Positions 1 to 8,667 of a stretch of 64,000 bases of DNA are shown piece after piece. The stretch's first letter is position 1. Each line of letters begins with the position of its first letter. The position numbers and the translations under genes were made by a program. This DNA is from an uncultured Planctomycetota bacterium. GTDB lineage: Bacteria; Planctomycetota; Planctomycetia; Isosphaerales; Isosphaeraceae. Below the pieces are notes generated by a model. That model did not search any database and was not told where the DNA came from. It saw only the letters and a program-made list of their open reading frames with translations. The DNA lies in the NCBI GenBank assembly GCA_963737655.1, contig CAVTTN010000002.1, forward strand, positions 800,001 through 864,000, in the 5' to 3' direction.

Positions 1-244
1 TCGGGCCGGTCGGTCGCGGCGGCCCGCGACCGCCCCCATCTACCGATCTCGATCGGGGCGAGTTGTGGGACAGGGATTCGGCGGGAATTCCGGATTCGCC
101 CCTGAACGTCTCCTCAACACTTACAAATTTTGTTAATATAAAGTCGAAGGCCGCGCCCGGCCGACGCGGCGAGTCCCGACCGGCTTGAGCGGAGCATGCG
201 GATACCGCCCGCCGGGCGCCTCGGCACCGCCAGGGAGTTCCCGG

Positions 245-853
245 ATGTCGTCGCACGACGCAGGTTCCATCACGCGCTGCATCGTCGAGATGAAGGCCGG
301 GGACGACGCGGCCGTGCAGACGCTCTGGCATCGCTACTTCCGCGGGCTGGTCCGCCTGGCCCGCACCCGCCTGGGCAGGTCGCCCCGCGCCGCGGCCGAT
401 GAGGAGGACGTGGCCCTGAGCGCCTTCCACAGCCTGTGCGTCGGGGCGGCGGGGAATCGCTTTCCCCGGCTCGACGACCGGGACGATTTGGGGCGGCTCC
501 TGGCGACCATCACGGCGAGGAAGGCCCTGGACCAGATGGGCCGCCAGCGCCGCCTGAAGCGCGGCGGCGGGCGCGTCCTGGACGAGTCGGAGCTGGCCGG
601 GCGTGGCGGGGGCGCGGGCCTGGACGGGATCGCGGGCCTGGGGCCGACCCCCGAGGTCGCGGCGGCCCTGGCCGAGGGGCACAGCCGGATGTTCGACGCC
701 CTCCGCGATGAATCGCTCCGCCGCGTCGCCCGCATGCGGCTGGAGGGCTACAGCGTCGCCGAGGTCGCCCAGAGGCTGGGCTGCAACCGCCGGACGGTCA
801 CGCGTAAGCTCGACCTGATCCGCCTGACCTGGCTGGAGTTCGACCTCCCATGA
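245..853 (+). CDS. ECF-type RNA polymerase sigma factor (planctomycete kinase-associated type)
   Basis: 'GSIT..I..MKAGDDAAVQTLWHRYF..LVRLAR' N-terminus, 'DEEDVALSAF' region 2 and C-terminal HTH 'LEGYSVAEVAQRLGCNRRTVTRKL'. ATG at 245 chosen as start; stop overlaps the kinase start (ATGA). Confidence 0.9.
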   Translation: MSSHDAGSITRCIVEMKAGDDAAVQTLWHRYFRGLVRLARTRLGRSPRAAADEEDVALSAFHSLCVGAAGNRFPRLDDRDDLGRLLATITARKALDQMGRQRRLKRGGGRVLDESELAGRGGGAGLDGIAGLGPTPEVAAALAEGHSRMFDALRDESLRRVARMRLEGYSVAEVAQRLGCNRRTVTRKLDLIRLTWLEFDLP

Positions 854-3800
854 GCGCCGACCGGCACCCGGAGGCGGGGCCGCCTCCGAGGTGGCATGCC
901 GAGCGAGTGGACGAGATCTGCGACCGGTTCGAGGCGGACTGGAGGGCCGGTCGGCGGCCGAGGATCGAGGACCATCTGGACGCCGCCCCGGACTCGGGGC
1001 GCCCGGATCTCTTCAGGGAACTCCTCGCCACGGAATTGGAGCTGCGACGGGCCGATGGCGGCCGTCCCAGCCCTCGCGATTACCTGACCCGGTTCCCCGG
1101 CCACCCCACCTTGATCGGCGAGGCCTTCCACGAATCGCAGACTCCCGGATCGGCTCTCCTGGGAGGGCCGGCCGAGACTTTGCCGCCCTCCTCGGCGGGG
1201 ACGACCGGCGAGCCGACCCTGTACGAAGGAGACCGGCCGGCCGGGGCACGACGCATCCCCGAGGTGCCCGGCTACGAGGTCCTGAGCGAGCTCGGCCGAG
1301 GCGGGATGGGCGTGGTCTACCTGGCCCGGCAGGTCCGGCTCAATCGCCTGTGCGCCCTGAAGATGATCCTGGCCGGGACGCACGCGGGCCCCGGCTCCCT
1401 CCTGCGGTTCCTGGCCGAGGCGGAGACGGTCGCCCGGCTCGAGCATCCCAACGTGGTGCGGGTCCATCACGTCGGCGAGGCCGGCGGCCTCCCCTTCCTC
1501 GAGCTGGAATATCTCCCCGGGGGCAGCCTCGACCGGAAGCTCGACGGCACGCCCTGGCCGCCGAGCCGGGCGGCCCCCCTGGTCGAGGCGCTGGCCCGGG
1601 GCATCGCCGATGCGCACCGCCTGGGCATCGTCCATCGCGACCTGAAGCCATCCAACGTCTTGCTGGCGGCCGACGGCCAACCCAGGATCACCGACTTCGG
1701 CCTGGCCAAGGCCCTGGGCATCGACAACGGACTCACGCAGACCGACTCGATCCTCGGATCTCCCTGCTACATGGCCCCCGAGCAGGCCCAGGGCAAGGCG
1801 CGCGATGTCGGGGCGGCGGCCGACCTGTACGCGCTCGGGGCGATCCTCTATGAGCTGACCACCGGCCGGCCGCCGTTCAAGGCGGCGACGGTCATGGAGA
1901 CCCTGGAGCAGGTCCGCACCGCCTCGCCCGTGCCGCCCAGTCGCCTGCTCCCCAGCCTGCCGCGCGACCTGGAGACGATCTGCCTGAAGTGCCTGGAGAA
2001 GGAGCCTTCCCGGCGGTACGCGACGGCCGGGGATCTGGCCGAGGAACTCGGCCGGTTCCGTCGCGGAGAGCCGATCCGCGCCCGCCCCCTCGGCCGGGCC
2101 GGACGCCTGGCGCGCTGGGGGCGTCTCAACCCCAGCCTCATGGCCACGGGCTCGCTGGCCGCTCTGGCCCTGCTGACGGCGGCGGCCCTCTCCATCGGGT
2201 TCGGCATCCACCAGGCCCGCGCCGCCCGGGACCTCCGCGCCGCCCTGGTCGAGGCGCGACGACTCTCGGTCAGCTCGACCCTGGAGCGAGGCCAGTCGCT
2301 CTGCGAGCAGGGGGACATCGATCGCGGCCTTTTGTGGATGGCCCGCGGCCTCGAGATCAGCCAACAGGCCGAGGCCGACCCGCTCCATCGAGTGATCCTC
2401 GCCAACCTGACCGGGTGGGCGAGACGGCTCCATCCCCTCCGGCAATGCCTCGAGCATCGAGGCGCGATCCGCTGCATCGCCTTCAGTCCCGACGGCCGGA
2501 CGATCGCCACGGGAGGCGACGACCGATCCGTTCGGCTCTGGGACTCTTCCAACGGCCTCCCTCTGGGGCCGCCTCTGCCTCATCCCGGGCCGGTGGCGAG
2601 CGTGAAGTTCAGCCCCGACGGTCGCGCCTTGCTCAGCTTCGCAACGACCGGCCCGGCCTTCCTCTGGCGCCCGATCGGGGGCCGGCAGGTCGCACTCCCT
2701 CTGGGGCATCCCGGTCCCGTCCGCGTGGCCGCCTTCCGGCCCGACGGGCTCCGCGTCCTGACCGGCGGTGCCGACGGCTCGATCCGGTCCTGGGACGCCC
2801 GCTCCGGCGACCCGATCGGCCCGGTCCTGCGCCATCGCGGGCCCGTGACCGTCGCCGTGTTCGCCCCCGCGGGCGGGTCGATCTTCTCCGCGAGCGAGGA
2901 CGGGACCGCCGCCCTGTGGGACTCCGACACGGGCGAACTCCTCCACGCGCTCGGCCACGGAGGCCGGGTCGACGTGGCGGCCTTTCGGCCCGACGGGGCG
3001 ATGGTCGTCACGGGCGACGGCGAAGGGATCGCCCGGCTCTGGGATTCGGCCACGGGGAGGCCCGTGGGCGAGGCCCTGCGCCACAGCGCCGGCGTGGAGG
3101 CGGTCGCGTTCAGCCCCGACGGCCGGCTCGTGGTGTCGGCCAGCCGCGACTGGAGGGCCCGGCTCTGGGATTCGGCCACCGGTAGGCTCATCGGCCTGCC
3201 CCTTCGCCATCATGGCCCGGTCATGGCCGCGGCCTTCAGCCCCGACGGCCGGCTCATCCTGACCGGAAGCCTGGACGGCAACGCCCGCCTCTGGGAGACC
3301 ACCACCGGGCAGCCCGTCGGCTCGCCGCTGATGCATCGCGGGGAAGTCACCTCGGTCTCGTTCGGACCCGACGGCCGATCCGCCCTCACGGCCGGCTCGC
3401 TGAGCGTCGCCCAGCTCTGGGAGATCCCCGCGGACGATCCCTCGCCCGCGCACTTCCCCTTCGAAGGCGACCTGAACGCCATGGCGATCAGCCCCGACGG
3501 GACGATGCTCGCGCTCGGGTCCACGGATTCCTCGGCGAGGGTCTTCGAGGTCGCCACCGGTCGGAGTCTGGGCGGCCCGCTCCATCACGACGACGAGGTC
3601 CGTGCCCTGGGATTCAGTCGCGACGGCAAGGTCGTCGCCACGGGCAGCGAGGACCGGACCGTCCGCCTCTGGGAGCCGAAGACCGGCCTCCCGATCGGCC
3701 CGCCGCTCCGGCACGTCGACAAGGTCCATTGCCTGGCCCTGAGCCCCGACGGCCGTCGGATCGTCACGGGCACACGGTCCGGCCTCGTCTGCCTCTGGGA

Positions 3801-4470
3801 CGTCGGGACCGGACGGAAGTTGGGCGAAAGGCGACGGCATGGCTCGCCCGTCCTGGCCGCGGCCTTCAGCCCCGACGGCTCGACGTTCCTGACCGGTGGG
3901 GCCGACCAGACCGCAAGGCTCTGGAAGACGGACACGCTCGATCCCGTGGGCGGACCCCTGGACCATCCCGGTCAGGTGTTGGCGGTCGCCTTCAGCCCCG
4001 ACGGCCGGCTCGCCGCGACCGGCGGTTCCGACAAGGCCCTCCGGCTCTGGGACGCGTCCTCGGGCGCGTCGCTCGGGACTCCCCTGGTGGACCGAAGCCC
4101 GATCCGGACCATCGCCTTCGGTTCCGGCGGCCGCTCGGTTTTCCTGGGCGGCTGGGTCGGCCCGTCGCGACTCTGGGACCTGGCCACTCGCGAGCCGATC
4201 GGGCCACCCGTGCAACACGAAGGAGGGTGCATGGCGACGACCTTCGATCGGGACGGGACCCGGATCCTGATCGCCCTCTCCGACGGCTCGGCCCAGCTCG
4301 TCGCCGTCCCCTCACCCATGCGAGGCGAGGTCGGCCGGATCGTCACCTCGATCCAGGTCATGGCCAATATGGAGATCGATTCCCTGGGCGGCATCCAGTT
4401 GCTCGACCACCGCGATTGGCTCCAACGCAAACGTCGCCTGGGAGAGGAGTACGGCCCGCAAGCCCCTTGA
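850..4470 (+). CDS. Ser/Thr protein kinase with TM helix and C-terminal WD40 repeats
   Basis: LGRGGMGVVY, ALK, HRDLKPSN, DFG and YMAPEQ motifs; hydrophobic helix; about 14 'H...V..VAFSPDG....TG..D...RLWD' repeats. Confidence 0.95.
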   Translation: MSADRHPEAGPPPRWHAERVDEICDRFEADWRAGRRPRIEDHLDAAPDSGRPDLFRELLATELELRRADGGRPSPRDYLTRFPGHPTLIGEAFHESQTPGSALLGGPAETLPPSSAGTTGEPTLYEGDRPAGARRIPEVPGYEVLSELGRGGMGVVYLARQVRLNRLCALKMILAGTHAGPGSLLRFLAEAETVARLEHPNVVRVHHVGEAGGLPFLELEYLPGGSLDRKLDGTPWPPSRAAPLVEALARGIADAHRLGIVHRDLKPSNVLLAADGQPRITDFGLAKALGIDNGLTQTDSILGSPCYMAPEQAQGKARDVGAAADLYALGAILYELTTGRPPFKAATVMETLEQVRTASPVPPSRLLPSLPRDLETICLKCLEKEPSRRYATAGDLAEELGRFRRGEPIRARPLGRAGRLARWGRLNPSLMATGSLAALALLTAAALSIGFGIHQARAARDLRAALVEARRLSVSSTLERGQSLCEQGDIDRGLLWMARGLEISQQAEADPLHRVILANLTGWARRLHPLRQCLEHRGAIRCIAFSPDGRTIATGGDDRSVRLWDSSNGLPLGPPLPHPGPVASVKFSPDGRALLSFATTGPAFLWRPIGGRQVALPLGHPGPVRVAAFRPDGLRVLTGGADGSIRSWDARSGDPIGPVLRHRGPVTVAVFAPAGGSIFSASEDGTAALWDSDTGELLHALGHGGRVDVAAFRPDGAMVVTGDGEGIARLWDSATGRPVGEALRHSAGVEAVAFSPDGRLVVSASRDWRARLWDSATGRLIGLPLRHHGPVMAAAFSPDGRLILTGSLDGNARLWETTTGQPVGSPLMHRGEVTSVSFGPDGRSALTAGSLSVAQLWEIPADDPSPAHFPFEGDLNAMAISPDGTMLALGSTDSSARVFEVATGRSLGGPLHHDDEVRALGFSRDGKVVATGSEDRTVRLWEPKTGLPIGPPLRHVDKVHCLALSPDGRRIVTGTRSGLVCLWDVGTGRKLGERRRHGSPVLAAAFSPDGSTFLTGGADQTARLWKTDTLDPVGGPLDHPGQVLAVAFSPDGRLAATGGSDKALRLWDASSGASLGTPLVDRSPIRTIAFGSGGRSVFLGGWVGPSRLWDLATREPIGPPVQHEGGCMATTFDRDGTRILIALSDGSAQLVAVPSPMRGEVGRIVTSIQVMANMEIDSLGGIQLLDHRDWLQRKRRLGEEYGPQAP

Positions 4471-4620
4471 GAAACTCCATCGCTTCAGGTCACCGTCCCC
4501 GGGCGAATGTCGCTTTTCGCACCCGGCCTGGACGAAACCGAGCGGACCTTTCGAGGCGCCGATAAACACAAGTGCTTATCTCTCGGCTGATTGCCGCTAA
4601 GAGGGAAGAGGGGACATTCT

Positions 4621-4759
4621 TGCTCTATAGAAAACCCATTGAGAATGAGGAAACGAGTAGGTCCGACTTCAGTCGGGCCTGCGAAACAAGGAAGTCTTGT
4701 AGGCCCGACTGAAGTCGGACCTACTCGTATCGATACTTCAAAGGATTTTGTACAGAGCA
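4621..4759. mobile_element. 139-bp MITE-like element with 9-bp target duplication, carrying a GTAG-type REPIN
   Basis: Imperfect TIRs TGCTCTATAGAAAACCC / GGATTTTGTACAGAGCA (14/17); direct repeat GGACATTCT at 4612-4620 and 4760-4768; related copy at 19319-19569. Confidence 0.75.
4653..4728. repeat. GTAG-family REP doublet (REPIN)
   Basis: Perfect 28-bp inverted arms ACGAGTAGGTCCGACTTCAGTCGGGCCT (4653-4680 / 4701-4728); each arm has a GTAG tetranucleotide and an internal CCGACT..AGTCGG hairpin. Confidence 0.9.
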
Positions 4760-4795
4760 GGACATTCTACTTTTCCGCTTCCCTGATTTCCCAAG

Positions 4796-5491
4796 TCAAG
4801 CAGACCCCGACCGCGACTCCCCCGTACCCGACGTCTTCCTGGGCCGTCCCCGAGGCCGCATGGCGGACTCCAGGCCGAGTTCGGCGGCGGTTCGTCGGGC
4901 CCATTCGTCCGACCCGAACGGGGAGCCCCGCGCGACGCAGCGCCGCATCGCCGCCAGTTCCGACTCCCCCAGCGGCCGGTTGACCCGCTTGACCCATGAG
5001 GCCACCTTGCCGATCTCCGGCAGCGGCTCCAGGGGGACCGGGCCGGGCGGCCTCTTGCGGGCGTGCAGCGAGCCATGGGGCCAGAGTTCGGCCCGCTCGA
5101 CCAGCCCGGCGCGCAGGGCGTTGCCCTCGACATACCGCAGGACCGTCACGAGGTGGCCGTCCTCCTGGCAGGGGAACGCCTTGAACCGGCCCTGCCAGAC
5201 GTGCCCGCTGGAGCCGTAGTGGCGACGATAGCGCCCGACGTGGCTCGTCATCAGCCACTGCATCCAGCGCGACAGGTCGCCGTCGCCCAGCGGCCTGAGG
5301 ACCAGGTGGAAGTGGTTGGGCATCAGGCAGTAGCCCAGCACGCGCATCGGCCGCCGGGCCCCGGCCGCGGCGATCAGCTCGGCGAAGGCCTCACAGTCGG
5401 CCGGCGTGTGGAAGACCTCGGCGCCGCCATTGCCGCGGTTCAAAACGTGATAGCAGTAGTCGGCGGCCGAGGCCCGTGCGGTGCGTGGCAT
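4796..5491 (-). CDS. REP-associated tyrosine transposase (RAYT / TnpA-REP, Y1 HUH family)
   Basis: MPRTAR..YHVLNRGN, YCLMPNHFHLV (HUH), GHVWQGRFK, RYVEGNALRAG (catalytic Tyr), C-terminal RPRGRPRK. Confidence 0.92.
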   Translation of the reverse strand: MPRTARASAADYCYHVLNRGNGGAEVFHTPADCEAFAELIAAAGARRPMRVLGYCLMPNHFHLVLRPLGDGDLSRWMQWLMTSHVGRYRRHYGSSGHVWQGRFKAFPCQEDGHLVTVLRYVEGNALRAGLVERAELWPHGSLHARKRPPGPVPLEPLPEIGKVASWVKRVNRPLGESELAAMRRCVARGSPFGSDEWARRTAAELGLESAMRPRGRPRKTSGTGESRSGSA

Positions 5492-5497
5492 GGCCTC

Positions 5498-5526
5498 AAT
5501 CTAGCCGGCCTGCGGGAGACGGTCAA
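5498..5526 (-). promoter_or_regulatory. sigma70-like promoter of the RAYT gene, probably leaderless
   Basis: TTGACC (5526-5521), 17 bp, TAGATT (5503-5498), then 6 nt to the ATG at 5491; no room for an RBS. Confidence 0.65.
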
Positions 5527-5552
5527 GGAAAAAGTAGAATGTCCCCTTTTCC

Positions 5553-5770
5553 TCCTCCGCATAGGGCGTCCAATTCGTCCAACTTCGAAACGTCAGCACG
5601 CACGGTGACGGCGTCTCCACCCGGCAGATCCTTGGCTTGGTCGGCGTTCTTCCCATCGCGACCAACGACGACACGCGCCCCTGCTCTCTGGGAAGGCATT
5701 GGCTGTCGCCAGACCGTTTCGCCCCTCCCGCCCGTGATCACCGGGAAGCGAAACTCCGCGAGTTAAGCGC
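5553..5770 (-). pseudogene. Truncated, frameshifted SDR oxidoreductase remnant
   Basis: Fragments 'ITGG', 'GLATANAF' and 'GARVVVGRD..DQAKDL.GGDAVTVRADVSKLDELDAL' in shifting frames; ends at the RAYT end repeat. Confidence 0.75.
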
Positions 5771-5783
5771 GTGCCCGCTGCCT

Positions 5784-6530
5784 TCACAGTTGCGACCAAC
5801 CGCCGTCGACGGGAAGTTCCGCGCCGGTCGTGAAGGTCGCGTCGAACGCGAGGAAGAGGACGGCCTTCGCGACTTCCTCCGACGTCCCGAAGCGCTTCAT
5901 CGGATTGGCTTCGCGCATCTGCCCGGTGAGGTGGGCGGCCGCGTCTTTATCGGGGAACGCTTTGCCGATGATCGGCGTCTCGATGGGGCCGGGCGACACC
6001 GCGTTGACGCGAATCCCCCGAGGAAGAAGCTCGGCGGCGAACACCCGAGCGAAGGATCGAAGCGCGGCCTTGGCTGCTCCATACGCGGCGATGGCGGGCA
6101 TTCCCTTGACGTTGGCGATCGAGGTCGTGAGGACGACAGCGCCTCCCTGGTTCATCAGCGGCGAGAGCTTCTGGACCGCGAAGAACGGCCCCTTGGCGTT
6201 CAGGTTGAACATCTCGTCGAAGGTCGTCTCGGTCGTGTTCTCGAGAGGGGCGAAGAGGCCGAGCCCGGCGTTGACGAAGAGCAGGTCGAAGGTGCCGAAC
6301 TCGGCCTTCACCCGAGAGGCGAGGGCGTCGATGTCCGTCAACGAACGGGCGTCGCTCGAAACCACGACGCCGCCCTTCCCCAGCTCTTTCTGCGCCGATT
6401 CCAGGCCGGCCTGCGAGCGACCCGTCACCAGGACGCCCGCGCCCCCATCGAGGAGCATCTTCGCCGTCGCCAGCCCGATGCCGCTCGTGCCGCCGATGAT
6501 CACCGCCGTCTTACCTGGGTACCGTTCCAT
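5784..6530 (-). CDS. SDR family oxidoreductase
   Basis: GGTSGIG, NAG, YGAAK, IRVNAVSPG and VDGG motifs; ATG at 6530. Confidence 0.93.
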   Translation of the reverse strand: MERYPGKTAVIIGGTSGIGLATAKMLLDGGAGVLVTGRSQAGLESAQKELGKGGVVVSSDARSLTDIDALASRVKAEFGTFDLLFVNAGLGLFAPLENTTETTFDEMFNLNAKGPFFAVQKLSPLMNQGGAVVLTTSIANVKGMPAIAAYGAAKAALRSFARVFAAELLPRGIRVNAVSPGPIETPIIGKAFPDKDAAAHLTGQMREANPMKRFGTSEEVAKAVLFLAFDATFTTGAELPVDGGWSQL

Positions 6531-6566
6531 GGGTATTCTCCTCGAGAAGTTTGGGTCGCTTGGCTG

Positions 6567-6641
6567 ATTTTGAACTGTTCGGGATGATAATAGACACGAT
6601 GGCCGCGCGGTCAAGGGATTTTTGAACTAGTTATTTCAAAA
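6567..6641. promoter_or_regulatory. Putative TetR operator/promoter region, paralogous to 7763-7834
   Basis: TTTTGAA-N8-TTCAAAA palindrome (6620-6641) and a TTTGAACTGTTCGG box; layout matches the tetR promoter region. Confidence 0.6.
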
Positions 6642-6730
6642 TACCGCAGGACCCGGTGGACGAGCGCGCGGCGCCGCAATCGCATGCGGATTCGGGTCAC
6701 CGCGACCATTTCGCGGCGGCTGGCGCTCCT

Positions 6731-7702
6731 TCAGGACACCGCGCTTGAGGCTGGGTAAGACAAATCGACGCCGGAGACCCTGACGACGGCCTGCCACGCG
6801 GCTTCCTGGCTGGCGCGATCGTGGAGGTGTGGGTGGCGCTGCGCCTCGATCGGGCCTGTGAACTTCCCTTGAGCCGAGGCGAAGAATTGCCCCGAGACGT
6901 CGGTTCCGAACTCCGACGCCCGGAGGTACCGACCGGCCGCGGCCTCCGGCGTCTGATTCATGCCGGGAATGAGGTTCACGATTGGGATAAACAGATACCT
7001 CAACGCCGGGCCCGCGTTTCGCACCACCTTGGTGTCGGTCGCCGCACCGGGCGAGACGGCGTACGCGGCCATGCCGGATGGCAACCGGCGCGCCAGCGCC
7101 GCGACCCACCAAGCGATGATGAGCTTCGCGTCGGCATACGCATTGTTGGGCACGTACTTCACGTTCGGACCGTTGCGGATCAGGGCTTCCACAGCGGCGG
7201 TTCGGTCACCCTGGCGGTGTTTGGCCGCGAAGGCTGGCACGTCGGTGTAGCTGAAAAAGGGTACGCCCCCGCGGGCAGGTTCCGCGCCGGAGATCACGAT
7301 CCGCGCGTTGGGGCTCAGCAGGTTGGCGCGGAGCAACCCGACGGTCAGTTGATGATGGCCGATCAGCGGGGCCTGAGAAGCTTCGATGCCCTCCGCGGTG
7401 AGCACGCGCGCCTTGCCAGGGACCATCCCGGCATTGAGGAGTAGGAAATCGATCGACCGACCTCGCTTGACGAGCTCGGAGAGGGCGGACTGGACGCTGG
7501 ACGGGGTGTCCAGCTCCAGCTCCAGCGGCGTGAAGACCTGTCGTTTGGTCTCCGCCGCGAGTTGAGCGGCCGTTTCTTGAACCCGGGCCAGGCTGCGCCC
7601 GGTGACGATGACCTCGCGCCAGCCCTCGGCGGCGAGCATGCTGGCTGCCGCATGACCGAGCCCGGAGGTGGTGCCGGTGACGAGAGCGATCGAATGTTCC
7701 AT
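6731..7702 (-). CDS. SDR family oxidoreductase (retinol-dehydrogenase-like)
   Basis: VTGTTSGLG, LNAG, GHH, YADAK, AVSPG. Confidence 0.9.
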   Translation of the reverse strand: MEHSIALVTGTTSGLGHAAASMLAAEGWREVIVTGRSLARVQETAAQLAAETKRQVFTPLELELDTPSSVQSALSELVKRGRSIDFLLLNAGMVPGKARVLTAEGIEASQAPLIGHHQLTVGLLRANLLSPNARIVISGAEPARGGVPFFSYTDVPAFAAKHRQGDRTAAVEALIRNGPNVKYVPNNAYADAKLIIAWWVAALARRLPSGMAAYAVSPGAATDTKVVRNAGPALRYLFIPIVNLIPGMNQTPEAAAGRYLRASEFGTDVSGQFFASAQGKFTGPIEAQRHPHLHDRASQEAAWQAVVRVSGVDLSYPASSAVS

Positions 7703-7762
7703 GGGCGGCTCCGTGGTGAAGGTCGAGTCGTGAGGCCTCGCGAGGCCGGGACCGACTTGCTA

Positions 7763-7834
7763 ATTTCGAACGGTTCGGTTATATAATTAGTGCCGTGGAA
7801 ACTGTCAAGGAGTTTTTAACTAAATGGTTCAAAA
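7763..7834. promoter_or_regulatory. Divergent promoter/operator between SDR and tetR
   Basis: TTCGAACGGTTCGGTT and TTTTTAACTAAATGGTTCAAAA imperfect palindromes; the second overlaps the TetR ATG. Confidence 0.55.
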
Positions 7835-8459
7835 TAATGCCAGGTCGCGAGGACGGCCACGCAGCTTCGACGAGAGGGACGCGCTGGAAAGGGCGACCCA
7901 GGTATTCTGGTCGAAGGGCTACGACGGAGTGACGATCGACGATCTCGTCGCCGGGATGGGCGTGGGACGGCCGAGCCTGTATGCCGTCTTCGGCGACAAG
8001 CGGACGTTATTCTTGCGCGTCCTCAAGGATTATGCAGAGAAGAAAGGCACACTCGCCGCGAAGGCGCTGCTGTCGCCGCAGACGCTTCGCGACTCGCTCG
8101 CCGCCTTCCTGAAGCACGCCGTCAAAACTGCGACCGAGAAAGGGTCCGCTCGGGGATGTCTTCTCGTCTGCGTCGCGCCGCTCGTGAGCGACCCTGAGGT
8201 CCGGCAGTTCCTGCAGGACGCGGCCGCCGGCGCGGCGGCGCTGGTGGAAGGTCGTTTCCGGGACGGGATCACCGCCGGAGAAATCCCGTCCGACTTTCCC
8301 GTGGCCGTCCGCGCGAGCCAGCTCATTGATCTTGTTCGTGGCCTCACGATGCGTGCGCAGCTAGGCACGCCGCGCAAGACGCTCCTCAGGGATGCCGAGG
8401 AGGCGGCCGACTTGGTGCTCCTGCCGCGCCTGAAGGCCATCGGCAAGCGGAAGCGATAA
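7824..8459 (+). CDS. TetR/AcrR family transcriptional regulator
   Basis: GRPRSFD..ALERA..VFWSKGYDG.TIDDLV..MGVGRPSLYAVFGDK HTH; 'GCLLV' C-terminal motif. Confidence 0.95.
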   Translation: MVQNNARSRGRPRSFDERDALERATQVFWSKGYDGVTIDDLVAGMGVGRPSLYAVFGDKRTLFLRVLKDYAEKKGTLAAKALLSPQTLRDSLAAFLKHAVKTATEKGSARGCLLVCVAPLVSDPEVRQFLQDAAAGAAALVEGRFRDGITAGEIPSDFPVAVRASQLIDLVRGLTMRAQLGTPRKTLLRDAEEAADLVLLPRLKAIGKRKR

Positions 8460-8667
8460 CTTTCCCTCGCCACCGAAAGCCGTCTTGAGAATCATCATAC
8501 AACTTAAAGCATACGATACACGGTGCAAAGTTTTAACCTGCCAGCATTTCAATCCACCGGGCCCGACTGGCTCGCTTGTTCGCTTGACGCTTCGAAGTCT
8601 CAACCGTCTGCCGTCTCGCTCCAGGGTCCGGAATCCGAGCACGAGCCCTCTGGCGAATTGATTCCTC

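Larger units (their letters stand above)
4606..5552 (-). mobile_element. RAYT-carrying unit bounded by ~24-bp inverted end repeats (left end interrupted by a MITE)
   Basis: Right end GGAAAAAGTAGAATGTCCCCTTTT (5527-5550). After removing 4621-4759 and one 9-bp duplication, the left end reads AAGAGGGGACATTCTACTTTTCC, nearly its reverse complement. Confidence 0.7.

Noticed and set aside
748..4218. Long antisense ORFs (also 15697-18672, 24989-28096, 42372-45893, 61595-63823)
   Set aside because: Shadow frames of real high-GC genes; no domain motifs.
2450..4300. DNA repeats or DGR-like template/variable pairs within the kinase
   Set aside because: Explained by WD40 repeats; no reverse transcriptase gene and no adenine-specific mismatch pattern noticed.
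4591..4983. ORFs with repeated 'VGPTSVGP/GPTEVGPT' peptides (also 19265-19749)
   Set aside because: Translations of REP palindromes, not proteins.
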